Positions 37,500 to 47,808 of a stretch of DNA of 64,000 bases are shown piece by piece. Numbering within the stretch: position 1 is the stretch's first letter; each line of letters begins with the position of its first letter. Below the pieces are notes generated by a model that saw only the letters and a list, made by a program, of their open reading frames with translations, was not told where the DNA came from and did no database searches. The position numbers were made by a program, and so were the translations under genes. The DNA lies in contig JBDIBI010000015.1 of the NCBI GenBank assembly GCA_039812885.1, positions 62,878-126,877 of the forward strand. Direction: 5' to 3'. The DNA is from Blastocatellia bacterium (GTDB lineage: Bacteria > Acidobacteriota > Blastocatellia > Chloracidobacteriales > JADJPF01).

Positions 37500-38471
37500 T
37501 TAAAGTTGCCGTGCGGCTTCTTTTGCATAGTAGGTTAAGATTAAATCTGCTCCAGCACGTTTAATTGAGGTAAGAGTTTCCCACATAATTCGCTTTTCAT
37601 CTAACCAACCATTTTGTGCAGCAGCTTTGATCATTGCATATTCACCACTGACTTGATAGGCAGCTAAAGGTAACTCACAACGTTCACGTAAGCTTTTTAA
37701 CACATCTAGATAAGCTAATGCAGGTTTAACCATTAACATATCTGCACCTTGTTCAACATCTAACATTGCTTCGGTCATTGCTTCACGAAAATTAGCTGGA
37801 TCCATTTGGTAGGAACGTCTATCTCCAAATTGTGGAGCGCTTGCAGCAGCTTCACGAAATGGGCCATAAAAGCCTGAAGCATACTTTACGGCATAAGAAA
37901 GTATTGGAATATTTTCAAATTCATTTTCATCTAATGCTAGCCTTATTGCGCTAACAAAGCCATCCATCATATTTGATGGAGCAATGATGTCTGCACCTGC
38001 TTTAGCTTGGGCTACAGCAGCTCTAGCAAGCAAATCTAAAGTAGGATCATTGCATACATCTCCATCCTCTATAACTCCACAATGCCCATGATCAGTGTAT
38101 TCACATAAGCAATTATCTGCTATTACAATTAGCCCTTTCACTTCTTTTTTTAGAGCACGAATAGCACGTTGAACAATTCCTTCATCAGAAAAAGCATCAC
38201 TACCTTGAAAATCTTTTTCTTTAGGTAAACCAAAGAGAATAACTGATTTAACACCAAAACTATAAGCTTCAGCAGCTTCTTTTACTAACTCATCAATTGA
38301 AAGGTTATATTGACCTGGCATTGAACTAATTTCACGGCGAATACCTTCACCTTCACAAACAAAAAGTGGATAGATAAAGTCATTAGGTGTTAGATGAGTC
38401 TCTCTAACCATAGCGCGAAGATTCTCATTACGACGCAACCGACGAGGACGATTAATTAAAAAATTATTCAT
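37500..38471 (-). CDS. hemB: Porphobilinogen synthase (delta-aminolevulinate dehydratase), HemB
   Basis: '[31 protein letters not shown]' is the HemB N-terminus. The active-site Lys regions are conserved. 323 aa. Confidence 0.9.
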   Translation of the reverse strand: MNNFLINRPRRLRRNENLRAMVRETHLTPNDFIYPLFVCEGEGIRREISSMPGQYNLSIDELVKEAAEAYSFGVKSVILFGLPKEKDFQGSDAFSDEGIVQRAIRALKKEVKGLIVIADNCLCEYTDHGHCGVIEDGDVCNDPTLDLLARAAVAQAKAGADIIAPSNMMDGFVSAIRLALDENEFENIPILSYAVKYASGFYGPFREAAASAPQFGDRRSYQMDPANFREAMTEAMLDVEQGADMLMVKPALAYLDVLKSLRERCELPLAAYQVSGEYAMIKAAAQNGWLDEKRIMWETLTSIKRAGADLILTYYAKEAARQL

Positions 38472-38696
38472 AACGTTCCTTAAGTAGAATATAAGAAATA
38501 ACTTGGCGGACTGAAACTAGGTATTTTTGCACGTAGGTAATAATTTGGTCAATATTAGGTAGATTCTTAATTTAGTCTAATTTAATTATTTCTTAGCTTT
38601 TCTCAGATGTGGGAGATTGCAGTTGATTATTGCTATCTCCTTATATTAGCCTGAGGATTTAGCAAAACGCTACCCCCACAGGAGCATTTCAAATAA

Positions 38697-39875
38697 ATGT
38701 CTAAACAAATAATTTCATACAAGGCTGAGAAATTTACTGAATCTGTAATTAGAGAAATGACCCGACAAGCTAATAAATATGGAGCAATAAACTTGTCTCA
38801 AGGGTTTCCAGATTTTGCTGCTCCAAAAGAAATCAAACAAGCTGCTATTGCTGCTATTGAAGCAGATGTAAATCAATATGCTGTTACTTGGGGAGCTAAA
38901 AAGTTTCGTGATGCCATTGCTAACAAAGCTAAATGGTACTTAGGGCTTGAAGTTGATCCAGACAAAGAAGTTTGTGTTACTTGTGGTTCAACAGAAGCAA
39001 TGATTGCAGCTTTAATGGGAATTACTAACCCTGGTGATGAAGTAATTATTTTTTCTCCTTATTATGAAAACTACTGGCCTGATACAATTTTATCTGGTGC
39101 AATACCTAGATTTATTGACTTAACACCTCCTGATTGGCATTTTGATAGAGAAAAGCTTGCAGCAGCCTTTAACAATAACACTAAGGCAATTATTGTTTGT
39201 AATCCTAACAACCCTACAGGCAAAGTTTTTAATTTAGATGAATTACAATTTATTGCAGAACTTTGTCAAAAATGGAATGTAATTGCTATTACAGACGAAA
39301 TTTATGAACACATTATTTATGATGGAGTAAAACATATTGCATTAGCCACTTTAGATGGAATGCAAGAACGTACTATCACTATCAATGGATTGTCTAAAAC
39401 ATATTCTGTAACAGGATGGAGAGTTGGCTATACAATAGCTCCGCCAGAAATAACAAATGCCATTCGCAAAGTCCATGATTTCCTTACAGTAGGGGCTGCC
39501 GCACCACTTCAAGAAGCAGGAGCAGCCGCAATGATGCTCCCTGAAAGTTACTACCAACATCTAGGAGCAGAATATCAACGCCGTAGAGATTTACTTGTAG
39601 AAGTGCTTATTTCAGCAGGTTTCAAAGTGTTTCACCCTAAAGGCGCTTACTATATTATGACAGATATTAGTGATTTTGGATTTCTCAATGACATTGAATT
39701 TACAGAGTTTTTAGTTCAAAAAGTTGGTGTAGCTGTTGTGCCAGGAAGTTCATTTTATTACGATAGTCAAGCAGGTAGTCAACAAGTTAGATTTGCTTTT
39801 TGCAAACGAGATGAAACTTTAATGGCAGCAAAAGAACGGTTGTTAAAGCTAAAAGAGCAGCTAAATAATAAGTAG
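38697..39875 (+). CDS. PLP-dependent aminotransferase, class I/II (YbdL/kynurenine-aminotransferase-like)
   Basis: 'LSKTYSVTGWRVGY' contains the PLP-Lys motif SKxxxxxGxRxGY. 392 aa. Confidence 0.8.
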   Translation: MSKQIISYKAEKFTESVIREMTRQANKYGAINLSQGFPDFAAPKEIKQAAIAAIEADVNQYAVTWGAKKFRDAIANKAKWYLGLEVDPDKEVCVTCGSTEAMIAALMGITNPGDEVIIFSPYYENYWPDTILSGAIPRFIDLTPPDWHFDREKLAAAFNNNTKAIIVCNPNNPTGKVFNLDELQFIAELCQKWNVIAITDEIYEHIIYDGVKHIALATLDGMQERTITINGLSKTYSVTGWRVGYTIAPPEITNAIRKVHDFLTVGAAAPLQEAGAAAMMLPESYYQHLGAEYQRRRDLLVEVLISAGFKVFHPKGAYYIMTDISDFGFLNDIEFTEFLVQKVGVAVVPGSSFYYDSQAGSQQVRFAFCKRDETLMAAKERLLKLKEQLNNK

Positions 39876-39952
39876 CAACAAGGTAAATTCTCTGCTATCT
39901 TATTTTGAACAATTTACTCTTAAAAAGCTTTTTAGTGCCTATATAAAACACT

Positions 39953-41398
39953 ATGAAATTATCACTATATAACCTAACAAAGTTTTTTTGTTTAGTATGT
40001 TTTACCTTATTTGCTATTTTTTCCAATCAAATATTGGCTCAAACCCTTCCTATATCGCCTAGTGAGCTTGAGACACAATTTCAAACTCAACTTTTTGGAA
40101 ATTTAGATGTTGAAACAATAAAAGAAACAAGGTTCGGCAACTTAGATAAGCTAAATAATATTAATGCTTTATCATCTCAAGATAATCAAGCCCCAACTTT
40201 TGTAATTGCCCCTGAGGTTAAAACCTTAAAGGTAGGAGAGCAAAAGCTTTTTAATTTCGCCTTTAGTGATGCAGAAAACGACCCTTATTTTGGTGGAGTT
40301 GTAGCCCTAAACACTCGTGTTGAACTAGATCCTGGCCACAAAACCAGAAAACAACGCGCTCAAGAAGCAGCAATTAAAATTGATGTTTTACCTTCTAAAG
40401 ATTCATCCATAATTGTTTGGAATATTACAGCTCAAAATCCTGGAGTAGCTATATTCTTTGTTAGTATTGCAGAAATTTTTTCTAGCAACGAAGGCGGAGT
40501 CTTTAAGCTTTCTTCTGGCCGAATTAAATATGTAGCCTATGCTTTTCGTGTAATTGAAGGCAATGATGACACAATGCCTCCTGTTTTTCTTAACAAAGCT
40601 AAAGACCTGACATTAAAGCTAAAAGAACGGGTTGAGCTAACTTTTGCAGCTCAGTCCCCTGAAGGCCGCCCCTTAAATTATAGCTTTCTTTATTTAGCTT
40701 ATGCTTCTAGACTAGTTAATGGCCGTTTTTTTGGTAATAATGCTCAATTAAAAGCTATTGAGCCAGGTCAAGGAGTTTTTATAGCTTTTGTAGTAGATGG
40801 TAGAAAAGCCGATCTTCAAACCTTTATTGTCACAGTAACTGATCCTAAAACCCCTCCAGAAATACAGCTAAAGGTTCGTGCCCTTTCAACTAGTGCAACA
40901 GTTTTAACTGATAAGCCTAAACAATTAGATATTTATGGAGATAACTTTGCTAGTAACAACCAAATCACCTTAAAAACTGCGGCTGGAATACAACCATTGC
41001 CAGTAGAATTCATTAGTAGTACAAATCTACGTACAATTTTACCAACAAATCTAACGGGCATTAACAGTCTAGAAGTTACTGATGGAACACAAACAGCTAA
41101 CATAGAGTTTCAAGCTTTAGCTCCTGTAATCATAGATCTTAAGCGTATACGCAATGAATCTAAAACCATTTACCGGCTACGTCTTCTTGGTAGAGATCTT
41201 GGAAGAGGAGCAAAAGTGTTTGCCAATGGCAAAAAATTAAGCATTTTGAAGGATCGTATTTTTCTTAGCCCATTGGTAGACCAAATTGTAGTTACTTTAC
41301 CTCTAGAATTACGTTCTCAACCAAAGATAGAATTCAAAATCATAGGAGAAACAGGTTTAGAAAGTCCTACTTTGGTAGTACCATTATTAGGAAATTAG
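39953..41398 (+). CDS. Secreted hypothetical protein
   Basis: N-terminal signal peptide (FCLVCFTLFAIFSNQILAQ). 481 aa. I recognise no catalytic motif. Confidence 0.5.
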   Translation: MKLSLYNLTKFFCLVCFTLFAIFSNQILAQTLPISPSELETQFQTQLFGNLDVETIKETRFGNLDKLNNINALSSQDNQAPTFVIAPEVKTLKVGEQKLFNFAFSDAENDPYFGGVVALNTRVELDPGHKTRKQRAQEAAIKIDVLPSKDSSIIVWNITAQNPGVAIFFVSIAEIFSSNEGGVFKLSSGRIKYVAYAFRVIEGNDDTMPPVFLNKAKDLTLKLKERVELTFAAQSPEGRPLNYSFLYLAYASRLVNGRFFGNNAQLKAIEPGQGVFIAFVVDGRKADLQTFIVTVTDPKTPPEIQLKVRALSTSATVLTDKPKQLDIYGDNFASNNQITLKTAAGIQPLPVEFISSTNLRTILPTNLTGINSLEVTDGTQTANIEFQALAPVIIDLKRIRNESKTIYRLRLLGRDLGRGAKVFANGKKLSILKDRIFLSPLVDQIVVTLPLELRSQPKIEFKIIGETGLESPTLVVPLLGN

Positions 41399-41554
41399 AA
41401 ACTTAGGAAATTAACCATTACCTTTAACACAAAATAGTTTTAAGCTACTACAAGTTATTTTACTGGCTTTCTATATTTGATAGGATTTAATTAAAAATTC
41501 TTAAAATATCCGTTCAAATGGAAAAATGGGCTTAATTGTGAGGAGTAATGATAA

Positions 41555-42613
41555 ATGGTAGAAACTAATAATAATTGTTCTGTTTCTCATATTACCCATG
41601 ATTGTTATAACTTAGATAAGAGTGATTGTGCGTTAACTAAAAAAAACAACTCTGATAAACATGATCACTCCCACCAGGATCATAATCACAACCACTCACA
41701 TTCACATAACCATGCTCATAATCATGGACATAGTCACACACACCATCATATAGATGCTGAGAGTCTTAACCTAAAACTAAAAGTTTCTACTGCTATAACT
41801 GTCCTTTTTGTAGTAATTCAAATACTTGCTGGGCTTTACACTAATAGTATTGCACTTATCTCAGACGCTATACATAATTTTACTGATGCATTATCTTTGC
41901 TCTTGGCGTTATTTTCTTTTTGGTTACAAAAAAGACCTGTTAGTTTAACCAAAACCTATGGTTACAATCGCGCAGGCATTTTAGCTGCATTTATTAACTC
42001 TTCTAGTTTGATCGTGATTGTTGCTTGGATTCTCTATGAGTCTATTGAACGTATTTTTCATCCCAAAGCAGTTGAAGCTCATATGATGTTTTGGGTAGCA
42101 CTAATAGGTTTAATAGTAAACCTTGCTATAGGGCTGTCTTTGCACAAAGATAGTAAGCATGATATTGCGGTACGTAGTGCTTATATACATATGCTAGGTG
42201 ATGCAGCTAGCACAGTAGGAATTATTATTGGAAGTATTATTATTCACTACACTGGTTATACAATAATTGACCCAATTATAAGTATTATTATAGGTGTTTT
42301 AATCTTAGTAACTTCTTGGGATATTTTACAAGAAACTGTTCATTTGTTATTAGAAGGTACTCCTAATGGAATAGATGTAGATAGTGTTAGTAAAGCAATT
42401 GAAACCGTTCCAGGAGTTAAGGCTGTACACCATATCCATATTTGGGCAATTGCTTCTCAAGTAACAGCTTTAAGTTGCCATATACAAGTAAATGATATGA
42501 ATTTAAGCAATTGTCAGAGTTTACTATTTAGTGTTAATACTCTATTAAAAGAACAATTTCAAATTAATCACACTACTCTACAATTTGAAACACAAAATAC
42601 ACCAAAAGAGTAA
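41555..42613 (+). CDS. Cation diffusion facilitator (CDF) divalent-metal efflux transporter with a His-rich N-terminal tail
   Basis: 'HDHSHQDHNHNHSHSHNHAHNHGHSHTHHH' His-rich tail. CDF signature 'SDAIHNFTDALS' and 'HMLGDAAST'. Six predicted TM helices. Confidence 0.85.
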   Translation: MVETNNNCSVSHITHDCYNLDKSDCALTKKNNSDKHDHSHQDHNHNHSHSHNHAHNHGHSHTHHHIDAESLNLKLKVSTAITVLFVVIQILAGLYTNSIALISDAIHNFTDALSLLLALFSFWLQKRPVSLTKTYGYNRAGILAAFINSSSLIVIVAWILYESIERIFHPKAVEAHMMFWVALIGLIVNLAIGLSLHKDSKHDIAVRSAYIHMLGDAASTVGIIIGSIIIHYTGYTIIDPIISIIIGVLILVTSWDILQETVHLLLEGTPNGIDVDSVSKAIETVPGVKAVHHIHIWAIASQVTALSCHIQVNDMNLSNCQSLLFSVNTLLKEQFQINHTTLQFETQNTPKE

Positions 42614-42808
42614 TAGTCTTTTAGTCCTCTAAAATCCTTTTTCTTTTTCTTCTATATTTTTCTTTATTCACAAATAAATCAGCAAAAAAGTGCAAATTTT
42701 TGGGAACCTAAGCAGGGGTAAGGCGTGTCTAATGAGTAAAACGTATCAAAAATATTACTTGTTGTTATTTTAAGATAAGCTCTTTCTCAAATTTAGGACT
42801 GCTTTAAT

Positions 42809-42842
42809 GCCAAAATTGGCAAGTGTGCCAAAAATGGCACAC
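42809..42842. promoter_or_regulatory. Tandem TGCCA-N4/5-TGGCA inverted repeats (candidate operator) in the 450-bp intergenic region upstream of the REC-like gene
   Basis: tgccaaaattggca followed by gtgtgccaaaaatggcacac. The second is a perfect 20-bp palindrome at 42823-42842. Confidence 0.3.
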
Positions 42843-43065
42843 CCATTTTAACTAGGTGGGAAAAAAAGTGACATCTTTGGTATAGCTAATAACTAATAAC
42901 CAAAGTACTTTTTAGCTTGATAAAAAAAGTTGTTCTTCTATCTTGTTGATAAGAAAGAGTTGAATGATTTTATAAATAAACAAAATTGAGGCTAGCAATT
43001 AAAAATAATATGTTTGGTACGGTAGTTGCTTAATAGCTGATAAACCCTACAAAATAATAAAAATT

Positions 43066-43467
43066 ATGGAGACTGAAGTCATGAACCAACAGCCGTTAAA
43101 AGTGTTAGTGTTAGAAGATGAAGATTATCGCCGAGAATTAATAGAACCTTTACTAGAAGGACAAAAAATTTATTGGGCAAAAGATGCAGCAGAAGCTTTA
43201 GAATTTATTGATTTAATTAAGTTTAATTTAATTTTATTAGATTATGACTTAGCTAATCGTACTAATGGAGGTATGGTTGCTTCCCGTTTAGCTAATCCAG
43301 AATGTTTAAATCATGGTTCTAATATGGTGATTCATTCCATTAACCCAAGTGGAATCAAGAAGATGATGAGAATGCTAAAAAATATACCTCTTCGTATTCC
43401 AGTATTTAGTTTACCAGAATTTTTACCTAGTATTATTTCTAATCTTACTCTGCCTGCGGCAGCGTAA
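43066..43467 (+). CDS. Stand-alone receiver (REC/CheY-like) domain protein, atypical
   Basis: 'LKVLVLEDEDYRREL' is the acidic beta1 region. 'LILLDYDL' is the putative phospho-Asp. The conserved KP of beta5 is absent. Confidence 0.45.
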   Translation: METEVMNQQPLKVLVLEDEDYRRELIEPLLEGQKIYWAKDAAEALEFIDLIKFNLILLDYDLANRTNGGMVASRLANPECLNHGSNMVIHSINPSGIKKMMRMLKNIPLRIPVFSLPEFLPSIISNLTLPAAA

Positions 43468-43650
43468 TTTTTCTCCTTAAATAAGTAGTAAAACTTTAAT
43501 GGCTAAAAAATTTGGGGCAAAGTTTCTAGTTCTTAAACTAAAAATTTTGCCCCAATGTTATTTCAAACGGTTGTTACCCATTTGATGTTTTTCAACTTTT
43601 GGCTAAAACAATTTTAATCATACCAACTGATATCCCATAAATTACTCACG

Positions 43651-45192
43651 TTACTTAGTGTCTTTTACCTTTAGAACAACAGTTATTACAGACATTTCAG
43701 CTTGTTTACGTCTTGCTTCTAGTTTGTCTTGTTCTTCAGTTTGTTTTTTCTGATTCTGTTCTGAATCATCTCTTTTGACAGCTTTTTCTTGAGCCACTGT
43801 ACTACTTAAAACGATTCTTTCTTTTGTTGTTACTTGAATCACTGTTCCTATATTTTTTATTTGAGCTATTGAAGCATCAAAATTATCAGGAGGTAAAACA
43901 ATAATCATTGCAACAGTCTTATCATCTTGCTGAGTTATAGATACATTGCCCTGTTGAGATTTAATTAACTTAACTAATTCTTCCTTAGAGGTTTTTAGTT
44001 CCTTAGCTTCAAGAGTTATTTGAGCATCTTTCACTTTTTTGCCTATTCTTTCAGGAGTTGTAGCAACTGTTGCTGGTTTTGGAGCAACAGTAGAAAGATT
44101 CCCAGGAGACATTCCTGCTCTAGAATTTCCCATTCCTGGTCTAGCAGTTTTACTAGCAGGACTATCATCTAAGGATAGGGATCTAGCACCTTTTTCTTCA
44201 GCACGTTTGGCTTCGTTAGCATCTGAGGGTTTTGCAGATTCTTTAGCTTTTGCTAAGCGTTCATCCTTGGCTTTATTGTCAACCACCTCACTTACAGACT
44301 CACTTTTAGCTGCTGGCTCAGATTTTGGTTTGTTAACTTTGCCTGTCGCATCTGCAAAATTACTTGGTGAATTAACTTGTGCCAACTCGTCTTGAGGCTG
44401 ATTTTTAGCACTAGCTACTTTTTTAGTAGTTGATTGAGATGGTGCTGCTTCACTAGCAGATGGAGGTGGTGGTGGCACTGATGCAGGCGCAGTAGAACCA
44501 ACAACACCACCTACAACACCACCTACAACACCACCTGCTACACCACCAACTACACCACCCTCTACACCGCCCTCTACATCACCTTCCATTCCTACATCTA
44601 AATTTGGCTTACTTTTGGCACCACTAGATACTTTTCCCTCTTCTTTTGGCACTTCAAGTGACTTAGCTGGCTGAACAATATTTGAACTTTCTGTTGTTGC
44701 TGTTTCTTTATCTTTTGCAAGATCTTTGTTAAGAGCAGCTTGTTTTTCACTATTAAGCTCACTCTCAACTCTAGTAGTGCTAGGAACTGCTTTTTCCTGT
44801 TCTGTATAAAGGCTTGATACCTTAGTTGAATTAAATAAGTTAAGGTTAACAGCTAAGACTAAAATCATTAAAGCACCTGCTGTAGCAATAAGTGGGGCTT
44901 TATACTTAAAGAAAAATTCGTATATTGATTGTAAGAGTTGTAAAAATGGGCTTTCGTTTTTTATAGCAGCAGTTTTATATCCAGCTTTAACTAATATTTC
45001 TTGTCCTGTTGGTAAGTTAGGAATTGGTACATCACAACTTTTCATTAAGTTAGAGAGATCTTTTAAGTCACCTACCATTAAGCTACAATCTTTACAAGCT
45101 TGTAGATGAGCAGCCACTTCGCTACGACGAGCATCTTGTAGCTCATTATCTAGAAAAGCTTGTAAGTCTTCTATAATTGCATCACAGTTCAT
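43651..45192 (-). CDS. Membrane anti-sigma factor (zf-HC2 type) with a low-complexity Gly/Val and Lys/Ala/Glu-rich extracytoplasmic region
   Basis: 'HLQACKDCSLM' is the Hx3Cx2C anti-sigma zinc motif. Single TM helix. 'GGVEGGVVGGVAGGVVGGVVGGVVG' repeat. Immediately downstream of the ECF sigma gene on the same strand. Confidence 0.65.
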   Translation of the reverse strand: MNCDAIIEDLQAFLDNELQDARRSEVAAHLQACKDCSLMVGDLKDLSNLMKSCDVPIPNLPTGQEILVKAGYKTAAIKNESPFLQLLQSIYEFFFKYKAPLIATAGALMILVLAVNLNLFNSTKVSSLYTEQEKAVPSTTRVESELNSEKQAALNKDLAKDKETATTESSNIVQPAKSLEVPKEEGKVSSGAKSKPNLDVGMEGDVEGGVEGGVVGGVAGGVVGGVVGGVVGSTAPASVPPPPPSASEAAPSQSTTKKVASAKNQPQDELAQVNSPSNFADATGKVNKPKSEPAAKSESVSEVVDNKAKDERLAKAKESAKPSDANEAKRAEEKGARSLSLDDSPASKTARPGMGNSRAGMSPGNLSTVAPKPATVATTPERIGKKVKDAQITLEAKELKTSKEELVKLIKSQQGNVSITQQDDKTVAMIIVLPPDNFDASIAQIKNIGTVIQVTTKERIVLSSTVAQEKAVKRDDSEQNQKKQTEEQDKLEARRKQAEMSVITVVLKVKDTK

Positions 45193-45237
45193 AACTCAAT
45201 CCTTGTTATAAAATATCCCAAATCAAGTTCTAACCTT

Positions 45238-45870
45238 TCAAGTCCTAGCACCAGTGGAAAAGCCTGACGAGTCAAGATTAGGTGGCTTTCGCACTTGATC
45301 TGGTGTTTTGCTGAGCATTGGTTCTAACAACCTTTTTAGCTCTACTTTGCCACGGAAAATCCGTGACTTTACTGTACCAACAGGGATTTCAAGTATTACA
45401 GAGATCTCTTCATAACTTAAGTCTTCATACTCACGTAAAATTATTGGTTCACGATATTCTAAATCCAACATAGTTAAAGCTTGTTGCACTTTTATTTGAA
45501 CTTCCTGCTGTTCTAAAGATGCAGCAGGAGAAGAATTTGGTGCAGCTACTTTAGCTACTCGTTCTGCATTAGTTTCACTGTCTCCATCTACCATTACTTT
45601 ATGTTCACTACGTCGCATTTCAGAAATAGCACGATTATGAGCAATACGATAAAGATAAGTTTTAAAAGAAGACTCCTGACGCCATTCTTTACAATGTTCA
45701 ACTATTGCCATAAACACTTCCTGTGTTATATCCTCAGCTCGACCTTGATGACCAAGCCTACGATAAAGAAAGCGGTAAATAGCCAGTTTATAACGCTCAT
45801 AAATCGTTATAAAAGCTGTTTCGTGTCCTGCTTGGAACTGCTGCATGAGTTCCTCATCGGATTTACTCAT
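45238..45870 (-). CDS. ECF-subfamily RNA polymerase sigma-70 factor
   Basis: Region-2 'FITIYERYKLAIYRFLYRRL...AEDITQEVFMAI'. Region-4 HTH 'LSYEEISVILEIPVGTVKSRIFRGKVELKRLL'. Confidence 0.85.
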   Translation of the reverse strand: MSKSDEELMQQFQAGHETAFITIYERYKLAIYRFLYRRLGHQGRAEDITQEVFMAIVEHCKEWRQESSFKTYLYRIAHNRAISEMRRSEHKVMVDGDSETNAERVAKVAAPNSSPAASLEQQEVQIKVQQALTMLDLEYREPIILREYEDLSYEEISVILEIPVGTVKSRIFRGKVELKRLLEPMLSKTPDQVRKPPNLDSSGFSTGART

Positions 45871-46031
45871 CCACGCCCCTCCATCTGTATCTATAATCTC
45901 AACAACTAAGTTTTGGTTCCCAATTAATAGAAAAATTTTTACAGCAATAATAAATTAAAATGGCACAGGATAATAACTATCTCTGTGCCTTAACTTTAAC
46001 ATATAAAAAATAAAGTTTAATTTCTTAAACT

Positions 46032-47591
46032 CTATTTATCAACTGCAATATCTAGCTCATCAGCACATTTATAAAGTGATAAGCCTAGTATACAGGAAAT
46101 TACTAAACTAACATAAAAAGTTAGCATCCCTGTCACAGTTTGATAAATAGCCATTCCTAAATATGGAATAATTATTATTGGGGACATAACTATTAGTAAC
46201 CCTATCTGCATAATACCACTAGCTATAATTACTCCAGCGTACATAAAGAAAGCTTTTACATAAACCATTCCCATACGCTTCATAGTATCTATACCAACCA
46301 TTGGATTTAGTACTGACCAAAAATCTTGAGTAAATCCAGCTATAGCTATAGCCATTGGATAATAGAAAAAAGCCCAAAGTAGTCCAATACTAACTACTAA
46401 AACAGCAACCATTCCAACAGCCAATATTCTACTTAAATCATTATCAGTAAATTGCTCACTAAAAGATCTTTTTTTAGCTCTTTCTTGCTCTGCTTTTCTT
46501 TCTTCTCGTTCTAAAGACTTAACTCCAATATCTCTAGTTGGTTCAAGTTTTTGTATTTTTTTAGCAACTTCTAAATCCTTATCTGGATTATCACCTTTAA
46601 CAAGCGATTGAATATCTTCTTGAGAAAGATTTTGTTGTGGGGTATAAGCTGGCATTGCAGGACCAAAAAGGGAAAACTTCCCTGAAGCAATTAATGCCAC
46701 AACTAAAACTATTATTGGAGCAAATGTTATTAGTGAAACAGCAATACTAAGCAACATTGGCTTGATTACGTCATCATACTTAGAAAAACTACTAAAATCT
46801 GGAAGAAAACTACTACTTATTCTTCCCATTGCCACTTGGCGAATAGTTAAAGACATACATCCAAATAAAAATACTGTTGCCATTATATAAGCAAGTCTGC
46901 CTCCACCTATATTAGTTCCTAACACAAAGAAACCATAAACTAGTGTTCCAAAAACAAAAGGAATAGTATGATTAAGAGGGTATTTAATTGCTTGCATAAA
47001 CTCATTCATACCAAAGTCTTTTTCTTGCCCATAGTAAGAAACTTTTTCAGCAACAACAGAAGCCTTTTGAGAAAGTTCTTCTATCTTGTTACACATATCT
47101 CCACAAGCAGTACAAATAGCCATACTACCCATAAATTTTGGACATGCCTGACAAAACGCTGCATTACACATACGACAAACAAACCTGGCATATTCTTGTG
47201 GATGATTTCTACAAACAGTTGCTCCTGTTGCAGCTTGTCCCATAGAAGAAGCAACAGCTGGATTAAAAACAGGCATTGGGCTACCAGCAAAGTTATTTTG
47301 AGAAGTGCTTTGTCCTCCATATTGAGGATATTGAGAATTATTAGCTTGATTTTGAGGATAACTATTTTTTACTTCAGTACTTTCAACAGGAGTGCTTGGA
47401 GGTGTTTGTCCAGAAAAAATAGCTCTTAGCATTGGAACTCTATTGGCATCATTCCAACTTAAATTTCCCTTTTTTACTTTATCTGTTGGTAATAGTCTCC
47501 CTTCACTAGCCCATTGTTTTAGTGTTTCTGTATCAGCATCATAAACCTGTCCTTCAACCATTACTTGCCAATTTTCATTTTGAGAACTCAT
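46032..47591 (-). CDS. Membrane protein with an N-terminal DUF4339-like (GYF-like) domain, a Cys-rich zinc-ribbon-like cluster and a polytopic C-terminal region
   Basis: 'NWQVMVEGQVYDADTETLKQWASEGRLLPTDKVKKGNLSWNDANRVPMLRAIF'. 'CRNHPQEYARFVCRMCNAAFCQACPKFMGSMAICTACGDMC'. Six or more TM helices follow. Confidence 0.5.
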   Translation of the reverse strand: MSSQNENWQVMVEGQVYDADTETLKQWASEGRLLPTDKVKKGNLSWNDANRVPMLRAIFSGQTPPSTPVESTEVKNSYPQNQANNSQYPQYGGQSTSQNNFAGSPMPVFNPAVASSMGQAATGATVCRNHPQEYARFVCRMCNAAFCQACPKFMGSMAICTACGDMCNKIEELSQKASVVAEKVSYYGQEKDFGMNEFMQAIKYPLNHTIPFVFGTLVYGFFVLGTNIGGGRLAYIMATVFLFGCMSLTIRQVAMGRISSSFLPDFSSFSKYDDVIKPMLLSIAVSLITFAPIIVLVVALIASGKFSLFGPAMPAYTPQQNLSQEDIQSLVKGDNPDKDLEVAKKIQKLEPTRDIGVKSLEREERKAEQERAKKRSFSEQFTDNDLSRILAVGMVAVLVVSIGLLWAFFYYPMAIAIAGFTQDFWSVLNPMVGIDTMKRMGMVYVKAFFMYAGVIIASGIMQIGLLIVMSPIIIIPYLGMAIYQTVTGMLTFYVSLVISCILGLSLYKCADELDIAVDK

Positions 47592-47808
47592 TAAAACCCC
47601 TCCTAAAATCGCTCAAGACTGGTAAGTTTGATAGTTTTTTTAATTTATGAAATTTTCTATATCTTTTAGATTGTAACCGAAATATAACCAAAACACAATG
47701 GCTTTACTATTTTTAGAAAAGTCACAAATTAAAAGGTATAGTTTTATCTATAGAATTAGCTTAGAGTAAGATACCATATCACATTAAGCTAATAAAGATA
47801 ATTTATGC

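Noticed and set aside
36107-37528. Track ORF start at 37528 ([20 protein letters not shown]...) overlapping hemB by 29 nt
   Set aside because: A strong AAGGAG RBS sits 8 nt before ATG 37486, and the signal peptide begins at MKLTRL. The longer start is unlikely.
42809-42842. Sigma-54 (-24/-12) promoter suggested by the TGGCA motifs
   Set aside because: The required TGGCAC-N5-TTGC spacing and the TTGC -12 element are absent. It is better read as dyad-symmetric operators.
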